In this document: positions 49,188 through 57,930 of the stretch, piece by piece
How positions within the stretch are numbered: position 1 is the first letter of the stretch
Layout: each line of letters opens with the position of its first letter
Source: Pseudomonadota bacterium
Lineage (GTDB): Bacteria; Pseudomonadota; Gammaproteobacteria; JAKAQQ01
Direction of reading: 5' to 3'
Length of the DNA stretch: 64,000 nt
Assembly (NCBI GenBank): GCA_027320085.1
Contig: DAHVLZ010000009.1
Location: forward strand, 256,001 to 320,000
Position numbers and translations under genes: made by a program
The notes under the pieces: model-generated
Told to the model about the DNA's origin: nothing
Database searches by the model: none
The model's input: the letters and a program-made list of their open reading frames with translations, nothing else

Positions 49188-50627
49188 ATGCTGGATATGC
49201 GCCGAACCATTGCTGCGTCACAAACTCTAGACAGGGATGCGGTCGGGTTCTGGCAACTGACCTACCAGTCTATCTCGCTGATTGCTCCGGCTGGCGCGAT
49301 GGCAGCAACCTTAACCGGTGCCGCCGTCTATGCGCGGGGCGCTCTGCCCTTGGCCATGCTGGCCGGCGTCATCACGGCGGGCCTCATGATCAATACCACT
49401 CTCCAGTTTGCAAAATCGATTGCCTCAGCGGGCGGGTTTTATAGCTATATTGCCCACGGACTGGGAAGCCGATGGGCAGTTTACGGGGCCTTCCTATTTC
49501 TCATTTCCTACTTCAACATCTTGACCAATGCCACTATTTTCGTTGGTGGGGTTTTCCTCCCTGGTACCCTCCACCATTTCTTGGGCATTGCTTCCCCGGG
49601 GTGGCTTTGGTGGCCGGTTACTCTCCTATTTTATGGGGTGGTTCTCCTGCTGGCACTCAAGGGGATCCGCCCTTCACTGCGTTATGCAGTCTGGACCGGG
49701 ACTGCCGAAATTGTTGTTCTTCTCGTCCTGTCGATCCTGCTGATCATCCAATCTCCGAATCCTGTGACTTGGGAAGTGCTGAACCCGTTCTGGGCCAAGG
49801 GTGGCTTGAGCGGCTTCGGACATGGGGTCCTGATCGCCATGTTCGCCGTTTCCGGATCCTCGGCAGCAGTCGCATTGGGCGAGGAAACACGATCTCCCCA
49901 AAAGCGCATCCGCGGAGCTGTGATCGCAGCTTTTTTCTTCTCGTCCGTATTGTTCCTGCTCATGGCTTATGCTTTGACGGTAGCCTGGGGTTATACCCGA
50001 ATGGGCAGTTTTGCCCAGTCGCTTGTTCCTGGAGCAATCCTTGTCCAGGAGGTGCTGCATTCGCCCGTCTTGGCCTGGCTTATCCTTCTGTTGATCGCAA
50101 ACTCGATGCTCGCGGGCAGTCTAGCGCCGCTGCTCAGTTGCGCACGGATGATCTTTGCTCTTGGCCGTGATGGGGTCGTTTTTCCGGAACGGTTGGGACA
50201 AACCGATGCACGGCGCAATCCGTCACAGGCCCTGATTGTGACCACGCTCGCTGCCGCTGCTCTTTCCTTGTGTACCGGATTCTGGCTGGGCCCATTTCAT
50301 GGCTACATCTTGCTCATCACCTTGAGCAGCCTGGGACTCTTCTTGGGTCATATCCTGGCCAACTGTGCACTCGGACCATTCGCTCGCAGGACAGGACATA
50401 GCCACTGGCTCCTTCACTGGGTGATTCCGGCAATGGCCTCACTGCTCATTGCCGCTGCCATGGTCCTGACGCTGGTTCCCATTTCAGCCCGAATTGCGCT
50501 GGCCCCTCTTTTTATTCTTCTCACTCTCGGCATCGTCTGGTTGCGTTTACGCCGAGCATCACCGGAGAAAATTGCTGCAGCCGGTCGCCTCAATGTGATC
50601 GACGAAATTTCCTCTCCCACGCTTTAA
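49188..50627 (+). CDS. APC family permease
   Basis: About 12 TMs; IAPA, SAGGFYSY...GLG, LGEET..P, R..FALGRDG. Confidence 0.85.
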   Translation: MLDMRRTIAASQTLDRDAVGFWQLTYQSISLIAPAGAMAATLTGAAVYARGALPLAMLAGVITAGLMINTTLQFAKSIASAGGFYSYIAHGLGSRWAVYGAFLFLISYFNILTNATIFVGGVFLPGTLHHFLGIASPGWLWWPVTLLFYGVVLLLALKGIRPSLRYAVWTGTAEIVVLLVLSILLIIQSPNPVTWEVLNPFWAKGGLSGFGHGVLIAMFAVSGSSAAVALGEETRSPQKRIRGAVIAAFFFSSVLFLLMAYALTVAWGYTRMGSFAQSLVPGAILVQEVLHSPVLAWLILLLIANSMLAGSLAPLLSCARMIFALGRDGVVFPERLGQTDARRNPSQALIVTTLAAAALSLCTGFWLGPFHGYILLITLSSLGLFLGHILANCALGPFARRTGHSHWLLHWVIPAMASLLIAAAMVLTLVPISARIALAPLFILLTLGIVWLRLRRASPEKIAAAGRLNVIDEISSPTL

Positions 50628-50758
50628 ATCCAAACCCCATCAGAAACAACCCCACGACCGGGCGCATACACCCCCCCCTCCGCCCTTGACCCGGGTCTAA
50701 CCGCCCACCAAAAAACGGGGCAATTACACAAAGCGGCTTGAACAGTATGGGCAGCCGT

Positions 50759-51244
50759 TCAGTTCAGCGGTTGAACGCGGACGGTACCGTCCGGAGAATA
50801 GAGAACCTGGACCCGTTCACCACTGGTCCAAGTGGTATGACCCTGTTGCTGAACAACCGCCATCAGGCGCCCGCTGTCCAGACGAACCGTCAGCTGTACA
50901 CCCGGCACTTTTCCGGTCGAATGACCAATGGCGTTTCCCGCAAGGGCACCGAGTACCACCCCGCCGACCGTGGCCAACGCCGCCCCGCGTCCACCACCAA
51001 TCGCACTGCCCGCAATCCCGCCAGCCACTCCACCAACCACGGTTCCAATCTGGCCATTCGTGATCTGTCCTTGTGCTTGTCCTCCTGAAATGGTGACAAA
51101 ACGGACTGCCACTAGGGTACCCAAGCGTACGCGCTGAATCGTCCGCGCCTCACCCCGGTAATAGGAACTGCCTCCCAAATTACTAGCACATCCAGCGAGC
51201 AAAACAGCTGCCACTAAAGCAGGGAAAAACAATAACTTGCGCAT
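50759..51244 (-). CDS. slyB: SlyB-like glycine-zipper 2TM outer membrane lipoprotein
   Basis: Lipobox LLAGC; GGVAGGIAGSAIGGGRG zipper; G..+.VRLDSG....VVQ, G.RV. Confidence 0.85.
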   Translation of the reverse strand: MRKLLFFPALVAAVLLAGCASNLGGSSYYRGEARTIQRVRLGTLVAVRFVTISGGQAQGQITNGQIGTVVGGVAGGIAGSAIGGGRGAALATVGGVVLGALAGNAIGHSTGKVPGVQLTVRLDSGRLMAVVQQQGHTTWTSGERVQVLYSPDGTVRVQPLN

Positions 51245-51362
51245 CAAGAAGCCCTCGATTTCCACGGGTGCAAGACTTGGATCATGATAGCATGTTCTCC
51301 TCGATCTACACCCGTAGAACGGTCCAGTTGCGCTCCGGTTGACCAGTGGCTCGGATCTCTCG

Positions 51363-54161
51363 CTAATGTCCTTTGCCACTTTCGTAGGCTGACAACGGGG
51401 CCTTGCGTCGCGCGGCGTACCGCTTGAGGTAGGCCATAACCATCTCATAAGATCTCAAGCCCTTGCTCGCGACCCATTCCTGCCTCATTTGCTCCGGACC
51501 CGAAACCTTGAGCAGGGTGGTTGGCGAATAGGATTGCCATGGATTAGGGGCCGGATCTGCGCCTGTCCCGGAGTGCCGTACCTGTCGTGCCCGATACCAA
51601 GCTTTCCAGTTAGGTGGCAAATTATGACCATTGACTCCAGCTTCCCGTCGCATCAGCGTGTAATGGCTGCAAGCTCCGGCGTTGAAAGCCAGTTGGACCT
51701 GCATCGGCAGAACCGGGGTCGGCGCGAAGTCCGGATGGCGGGTCCACAGGCCGGAGAAAACGCGGGCATTCTGATCCCATTGCGATAGGGCCGGAAGATC
51801 AAAAATCGCCTCCACGGTTTTTAGGATATTGACCTGCGAGTAAAGATGTGTTTCCAGGTGATTTCTTTTGACCCAAGGCCCGACCGCAAGAGCCAGTGTG
51901 CGATGGGCATTGATGTGATCTGCGCCTGACTGGGCATCGTCCTCAGTCACAAATACAACCATGTGTCTCCACTGAGGCGTGGTCGACAGGTAATGAATGA
52001 AACGGGCAGTTGCATGGTCGTTGTTGGCAACGTAGTAATCCGGCGTGTAATAACAAGGTGAACGGCCGGCTGTATGGTCATCCGGTAGCCAAATATAGAT
52101 AAAATGCGGGAAACGGGAGCCGGGATGAGCTTTGAGCCAATCCACTGACCGTCGCACTCGGTAGGTATCGAGAAGCATGCGGTCCCATCCTGGTACTTGT
52201 ATGGCCAAGTGCTTCCTCATCGCTGCGGAAATGTTGCCTGCCTCAGATCGGGAGACAAACTCGCCAAAGTCCTCGAATGACACCCGATGGGCGAGAAGAT
52301 CGTTGAAAAGAAACAGACGGCCTGGATAACTGATCCAGGGATTGGACCAAACACCCAGTGCCGAAAGGTTTTCATAGATCGCGTACGGATTGTCCACCCC
52401 GAGGGGCATTCCGCCTGTCCCAGTGGCCCCGCCCGGAATCAGGGACTGCGTCCATCCGGGATTGGCAACCAGTCCCCGGCCCGAATAGTACTCCGGCCAA
52501 GTCCGCTGCACGAAATCGGAATCAGACGCGGCAGTTGTCCATTGGTGACCTTGCGCAGTCACTTCCCCATCCGCCATGAAATTCACGAACAGTGTCCCTC
52601 GATGCGCGAGGTTGTAAAGATTGGGAAGCTCACGCGCCCCATAGAGGTCTAGGTGGGGGTCGGCCCAATGCCCGGCCGGGCGGTAATCGCCCAGATCCTC
52701 GTCGAAAGTTTTATTTTCCCTCAGAATAAAAACCACATACCGGATATGCCGGCGCAACCAGTGGGCGGTTTGCTGATTAGCCTGATGGCGAGTTGTTCGC
52801 TGCAGCCTCGCAAAGCCATCATTCCGAAGGACGTCACGGGTCCATCGGGACCCGTGACGTGAGAGCGTGGCAAGGTCAATCTTCTGTACGAGCCCACCCA
52901 TCATGTCACCCACCCATTGGTGCTCGACATTGGGTCCGGAACCCAAGCCCTTAGCGGAGGCAATGTACAACGTTCCTTTCCGGACCGCCAGCGAAGTTGG
53001 ATACCACCCGGTCGGAATCAGTTCTTGTCGCTTTCCAGTTTTGAGGGAGAACACGGCAACGTCGTTGTTACCGGCATTCGCTACGAAAATCCGGTCTCTT
53101 GCCACAGCCAAGGCATCAGGATAGCTACCAGGGGCTGAGTCTAGATATGGGCTGTCATCCAGCACGTCCATCTCCCTGAGAGAAAGGACATTTACACGGG
53201 CTACTTGGTCCACGTTCGATAGGGCAACCAGTACATCAGGGGTTCCTGGAATGGTGGCCAGGGCAGTTGGATGAATCCCGGCACGAGTGTTCCCCGGACC
53301 CGTGGACGGCCCAAGCCGTATGGTCCCTGCGAGTCTCAGATTTCGGGGTTTCACTATCGCCACCCGGTCACTCCCCCAGAGACTCACGACGAGCCGCCGT
53401 CCTTCATCGGCAAAAGTCAGGGCGAATGGATACGGGCCTACATTGAGGTAGCGCACATGACCGTTCTTGAGGTCGATACGCGCGAGACTATTCGCCAAAA
53501 GACCACTCACGAAGAGATGAAGACCACGCGGGCCTGCTGCAATCGCATCGGGGTAGAACAGACGATGCGAGATAGCGTGATGTCCAGCGTAATGGTAAGG
53601 GTACTGGCGGCTGGGAAAAGCTTGCCATGCCAGGGGATAGCGCCGGAGAACTACGACGTGCCCACCGCGCCGGACCAAGGCCAATACATCGTCACTGACT
53701 CCCCCTGCCACAAAGAGTCTCCTCCCATGCACACTGACAGCCATGCCCTGAAAAAAACTTTGGTGCCCAACCGCTGTCTTGTCGCCTCTCGTGCCCCTCC
53801 TCATACGATGTGACGGTCCCTTGGTTGCCACGAGTTGGGTCATCTCCTTCAACGACTCGGCGGAGTAGAGAGTGACATCTTGGACGCGGGTAGCACCGTT
53901 ATTGAGAACAGCCACGTCAGGTCCCCAAGACAGGAGAGCCGTGACAAAGTTCTGCGTTCCCTGGATACGGCCCCGAGGAGAAACTATGCGCCCGGTCGGC
54001 AGTACATGTGAGAAGCGGGCAGCATTGGCTTCTCCTACCACAACCGGTCCGATCACATTCTTGCTGTTGGGTACGGGCGCCGCGAGGGCCTGAAACGACA
54101 GGACAGTGGCGGCAGCAGCCCCACACAAGGCAAGGATCCTCGGGGATCTCAAAAATTTCAT
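51363..54161 (-). CDS. Secreted YncE-type beta-propeller fused to phosphoesterase/alkaline-phosphatase-superfamily domain
   Basis: Signal peptide; LPTG..+.P, propeller repeats (VGPYP, IPTGWYP); ENKTFD..LGD, GH.W, LPDDHT.G, VANND, EDDAQSGADH..AHR. Confidence 0.88.
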   Translation of the reverse strand: MKFLRSPRILALCGAAAATVLSFQALAAPVPNSKNVIGPVVVGEANAARFSHVLPTGRIVSPRGRIQGTQNFVTALLSWGPDVAVLNNGATRVQDVTLYSAESLKEMTQLVATKGPSHRMRRGTRGDKTAVGHQSFFQGMAVSVHGRRLFVAGGVSDDVLALVRRGGHVVVLRRYPLAWQAFPSRQYPYHYAGHHAISHRLFYPDAIAAGPRGLHLFVSGLLANSLARIDLKNGHVRYLNVGPYPFALTFADEGRRLVVSLWGSDRVAIVKPRNLRLAGTIRLGPSTGPGNTRAGIHPTALATIPGTPDVLVALSNVDQVARVNVLSLREMDVLDDSPYLDSAPGSYPDALAVARDRIFVANAGNNDVAVFSLKTGKRQELIPTGWYPTSLAVRKGTLYIASAKGLGSGPNVEHQWVGDMMGGLVQKIDLATLSRHGSRWTRDVLRNDGFARLQRTTRHQANQQTAHWLRRHIRYVVFILRENKTFDEDLGDYRPAGHWADPHLDLYGARELPNLYNLAHRGTLFVNFMADGEVTAQGHQWTTAASDSDFVQRTWPEYYSGRGLVANPGWTQSLIPGGATGTGGMPLGVDNPYAIYENLSALGVWSNPWISYPGRLFLFNDLLAHRVSFEDFGEFVSRSEAGNISAAMRKHLAIQVPGWDRMLLDTYRVRRSVDWLKAHPGSRFPHFIYIWLPDDHTAGRSPCYYTPDYYVANNDHATARFIHYLSTTPQWRHMVVFVTEDDAQSGADHINAHRTLALAVGPWVKRNHLETHLYSQVNILKTVEAIFDLPALSQWDQNARVFSGLWTRHPDFAPTPVLPMQVQLAFNAGACSHYTLMRREAGVNGHNLPPNWKAWYRARQVRHSGTGADPAPNPWQSYSPTTLLKVSGPEQMRQEWVASKGLRSYEMVMAYLKRYAARRKAPLSAYESGKGH

Positions 54162-54330
54162 CTCACACTCCTTACAAATGGATGGATGGGATTAGGGGCT
54201 TGAGCCTTCTCAAGCACCACAGCAGCAGATCAAGGGGCAGGGGCATCCTAGCATGCCTCCCAGCTCACACGTGCCTGCCATACCAAGGTCAACCTTCCCT
54301 AGTGGCATTGCCTGATATCCGGTAGTATTA

Positions 54331-54364
54331 GTGTCATAACACTGTCATGTTTATTATTTATCAT
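54331..54364 (+). promoter_or_regulatory. PhoB-dependent promoter (Pho box plus -10)
   Basis: GTGTCAT-AACA-CTGTCAT (54331-54348), 10 nt, TATCAT (54359-54364); further in-phase half-site TTGTCAC at 54364. Confidence 0.8.
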
Positions 54365-54394
54365 TGTCACACTTCGGCAACATATCTAAATTCA

Positions 54395-55753
54395 ATGCCC
54401 TCATCTGTTTCAGATAAACCCTCTCAACCCCGAGGATCGGGATGGCGCATCTTTCTACTCCTTGCCGTTGCCGGAATTGCCACCATTCCGGCTGCCGTAG
54501 CCAAAGTAACAGCTAAACATCACCCGCAGCATCGCCTTTCTCTTGGTAGTGCGGGTACGCTAACCGGTCGCTTCCGGGACTATGACTTCTCCCGTTGGTA
54601 CGAGAACTCCGCTGCCCCAATCGATCAGCATGCCAACGGTCTGGCCGGCCTTTTCAATTTCCGTTCAAGGCGTTTTGGCGGTCACTGGCGCGGGTATGCC
54701 AGTTTCTATGTAGCGACCGATCTTTTCGGAATCAACAACTCCCAGATGGATTATCGCGCCCTGGACACCACACTCTTCGGAACCCATACTCTGCAAAGTC
54801 TTGGTCAAGCCTACCTGACCTACCAGCAGGCAGGGTTTCAAATCGGTGGCGGTGCCTTCCCTCTCAACACGCCCTGGATGGGATCCTCGGATTCGCGGTT
54901 GATCCCGGCAACCTACGAAGGATTTTTCGGACGATGGAACCCGGCACCAGGTTGGACCCTGGAGGCCATACGCGAGTTTCGCTGGAAGAGCCGAACGTCG
55001 TCGCGTTTCTCGGCCACCAACCTCTATAATTCCGCCGGGGTTGCCGGGATCTACGGAGGTACACCGGACCCGACGGTCGGCGGTACCCGAAACCCGGGCA
55101 CATTTGCTTTGGGATCCACTTGGGCCTGGAAGACCGTCCGGGCCGATCTCTGGTACTACGATTTCTACCACTTTGCTCAGATGGCCTACGGCAGCGGATC
55201 GCTCCACCTTTCCCTGCAAGGCACTGATTTTCTCATTATCGGGATACAGGGGCTCCGTGAGTGGAGCCAGAACTCCACCTCTCTCGGAGTCCCCGTGGCG
55301 AGCTCGGCTTACGGGGCGGAGGTCGGTCTGGGGTTCAGCGCCAGCCGTTTGATCCTGAGCTATGATCGGATCCCGCGCGCGGTGACCGGGTTTAGGAACG
55401 GAGGTGTCGTCTCACCCTACACTTCGGGATACGCGACTGACCCCCTCTACACCACCTCCATGACAGCCGGCCTCGTTGAGAAAGGTCCAGGACAGGCGCT
55501 TAAACTGGCTTGGATCCAGTTTTTTGAGCACTCCTTCCGGGTCATCCTGAGCGAAGCTGGCTACTGGACCACCCCGGCTTATCCCAACACACACGAGACT
55601 GATATCGACGTGACTTGGTTTGCAGGAGGTCCCTGGAGAGGCCTGTCAATCAGAAACCGCCTGGGTATCGTGACGGGCATCAACGGGCAATACGGAACTC
55701 CGGACCTCGGAACGTTTCTCTACGAGCGTCTCATGCTCCAGTACCGGTTTTGA
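54395..55753 (+). CDS. OprD-like outer membrane porin
   Basis: Signal peptide; LGQAYL.Y, LNTPW...SD.RL.P..Y.G; amphipathic strands; C-terminal ..LQYRF. Confidence 0.8.
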   Translation: MPSSVSDKPSQPRGSGWRIFLLLAVAGIATIPAAVAKVTAKHHPQHRLSLGSAGTLTGRFRDYDFSRWYENSAAPIDQHANGLAGLFNFRSRRFGGHWRGYASFYVATDLFGINNSQMDYRALDTTLFGTHTLQSLGQAYLTYQQAGFQIGGGAFPLNTPWMGSSDSRLIPATYEGFFGRWNPAPGWTLEAIREFRWKSRTSSRFSATNLYNSAGVAGIYGGTPDPTVGGTRNPGTFALGSTWAWKTVRADLWYYDFYHFAQMAYGSGSLHLSLQGTDFLIIGIQGLREWSQNSTSLGVPVASSAYGAEVGLGFSASRLILSYDRIPRAVTGFRNGGVVSPYTSGYATDPLYTTSMTAGLVEKGPGQALKLAWIQFFEHSFRVILSEAGYWTTPAYPNTHETDIDVTWFAGGPWRGLSIRNRLGIVTGINGQYGTPDLGTFLYERLMLQYRF

Positions 55754-55879
55754 AGCCCTCATTTAATGTGCAAACGACCCCCGAATTGTTCGCCCCCTTA
55801 GTTTCGGGGCGCCGGGTCTCGGGCGACAGTTGCACACAGAGAGATTCGTGTCCTTCGCGGAAACACTCCCTCTTATGCC

Positions 55880-56509
55880 TCATGCGGCAGCACCGGCTTT
55901 GAACACGACGGAGCGGATGGATTCGTGCGCATTCCGCATTGACTGTTCGCGCTGCTCCGGACTGATTGCAAGACCTTCCGCGCGAACGACCACAGGATCG
56001 CTGATGCCGATGAATGCGAGTACAGAGATTAGATAACGTTCCTGGAAATCCATAACTGCATACGGGCTCTCGCCCGCGTAGATCCCGCCGCGTGTCGAGA
56101 CGATCACTACCTTTTTTTCAGCGACCAAGCCTTCAGGACCATTTTCCGTGTAACGGAACGTATATCCCGCTTGGACGACGCGATCGACCCATGCCTTGAG
56201 CTGCGTGGGCAAACCAAAGTTGTACATCGGCGCGCCGATCACCACGACATCCGAGTCTAGGAATTCCCTGAGGAGTTTTTCGGTGAGCGCCCGATCTCGG
56301 CGCTGCACCTGCGTCATGACTTCGCTGACAGCGGTACGCGATGGGAGGCTCACAAGAGCCACATGGGGAAGTGAATCTGCCGCAAGGTCGCGATAGACGA
56401 CCCGGATACCGGGTTCACGGGTACGCCATTCCCGCACTAGGGACGCGGTGAGTAGGCGCGAGGCCGAAGCCTCCTGGGAGATACTCGAATCGATATGAAG
56501 CAGTTGCAA
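55880..56509 (-). CDS. azoR: FMN-dependent NADH-azoreductase
   Basis: LLHIDSSI....S.SR.L, V..RDL, APMYNF..PT.LKAW.D, G.TF.YT.NGP.GL, STRGG.Y; GGAG then TTG start. Confidence 0.92.
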   Translation of the reverse strand: MQLLHIDSSISQEASASRLLTASLVREWRTREPGIRVVYRDLAADSLPHVALVSLPSRTAVSEVMTQVQRRDRALTEKLLREFLDSDVVVIGAPMYNFGLPTQLKAWVDRVVQAGYTFRYTENGPEGLVAEKKVVIVSTRGGIYAGESPYAVMDFQERYLISVLAFIGISDPVVVRAEGLAISPEQREQSMRNAHESIRSVVFKAGAAA

Positions 56510-56587
56510 GTATTTCTCCCATCGGTTGTTTCTGGAGTTATAAAGCTACCCGACAGGACAGACTTGCACTAGACTGCTAAAATAGAA

Positions 56588-56615
56588 ATAATTGTTCTAT
56601 ATATGGAACAATTAT
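56588..56615. promoter_or_regulatory. LysR-type operator palindrome in the azoR/lysR divergent region
   Basis: ATAATTGTTC-N8-GAACAATTAT perfect 10-bp inverted repeat abutting the lysR ATG. Confidence 0.7.
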
Positions 56616-57533
56616 ATGGATGATTTAAACGATTTTTTTTATTTTTCCCAAGTCGTCGACCAGGGAGGATTCGCATCGGCTGGCCGGGCGCTGGGTATCC
56701 CGAAATCCCGGCTGAGCCGACGCATTGCCGGACTGGAACAGCGGCTCGGTGCACGCTTGCTGCACCGCACGACACGCCGGCTGCATGTCACGGAGCTGGG
56801 TGAGCAATTCCTGCAACATTGCCACGCAATGCTGGTTGAGGCACAGGCGGCCCGTTCCGTAATCGACGAAGCCCGGAGCGAACCCCGGGGCACATTGCGC
56901 GTGAGCTGCCCGCTGAGCATCGCCCAGCACATGTTGGCACCACTGTTGCCGCGTTTCCTGCTGACCTATCCGAAGGTCCGGTTATGGCTGGAGATCACAG
57001 GACGACGCGTTGACGTGATCCAGGATGGTTTTGACATCGCCATCCGCGTGCGCGCAACCCTGGAGGATTCCAGCCTTGCGATGCGCTCCTTCGGTAAACA
57101 CAGCGCCATGTTGGTTGCGAGCCCAGAATTTCTCAATCAACATGGGCGGCCTCGCACAGTCGACGATCTCTCCCGGCTCGACAGCGTTGACCTGATACGC
57201 CAAGATGGAAGGCACGTGCTATCAATCACCGACCCAAAGGGCGCCATGCATCAGATAACGCTGCAGCCGCGGCTCGTCGTCGACGACATGACTGTACTGT
57301 ATGAAACGGTACTAGGTGGCGCCGCCATGGCTGTGCTGCCGCTCTACATGTGCCAGGCGGCATTGCACGAGGGAAAACTCGAGACAATACCGACTGGCTG
57401 GAAGATGCCAATCTTCACGCTGCACGCCGTCTTTCCCTCGCGTCGCGGCCTGCTGCCATCCGTGCGCGCATTCCTCGATTATCTCAGCCTCAACCTACCG
57501 GGCGAACCCGACGATACGACCACACCACCATAA
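56616..57533 (+). CDS. LysR family regulator (CrgA-like)
   Basis: DLND...F..VV..GGF..A.RALG.PKS.LSRRI..LE.RLG.RLL.RTTR; G.LRVSCP; D.+.DG.D.AIR. Confidence 0.95.
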   Translation: MDDLNDFFYFSQVVDQGGFASAGRALGIPKSRLSRRIAGLEQRLGARLLHRTTRRLHVTELGEQFLQHCHAMLVEAQAARSVIDEARSEPRGTLRVSCPLSIAQHMLAPLLPRFLLTYPKVRLWLEITGRRVDVIQDGFDIAIRVRATLEDSSLAMRSFGKHSAMLVASPEFLNQHGRPRTVDDLSRLDSVDLIRQDGRHVLSITDPKGAMHQITLQPRLVVDDMTVLYETVLGGAAMAVLPLYMCQAALHEGKLETIPTGWKMPIFTLHAVFPSRRGLLPSVRAFLDYLSLNLPGEPDDTTTPP

Positions 57534-57930
57534 CGCTGCCTAATGCAGACGGCTAATCGAACGGGCGTTTGTTATACCTGATCCAGCTGCAACGGGCCTA
57601 TTGATCGCGAAGCAGTGCACGGCTCCTTGAACGGATGTGCGATCCGGGTCGCACCGAAAATTTCCGCTCCTCGGGCACTGACCTGTTGACGCCACGCTCG
57701 GAGAAGCCGGAAGGACCCTCTCTGGGACAGGGAATACAACCATCTGACGTTCCGGTATCATGCATTCGTCCCCAAGAGGCGAAAATTAACAAACTGCTCA
57801 GGCTGTTCTCTTCTCTCAAGTTAGGGAACTCGACGGGGCCTTTCTGTTCTAACTTTTCCAAACCCCCCTTAGTCGAGCGTGTCAGAAGACACTGGAGGGG
57901 TGCAAACAGTCCACTGTCAGGATTTTTCCC

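Noticed and set aside
57570-57800. Possible TPP (ACCTGATC) or cobalamin (AGGGAA) riboswitch upstream of the TonB receptor
   Set aside because: Only isolated words match; the CTGAGA and GCCCCCGC/GCCACTG cores are absent.
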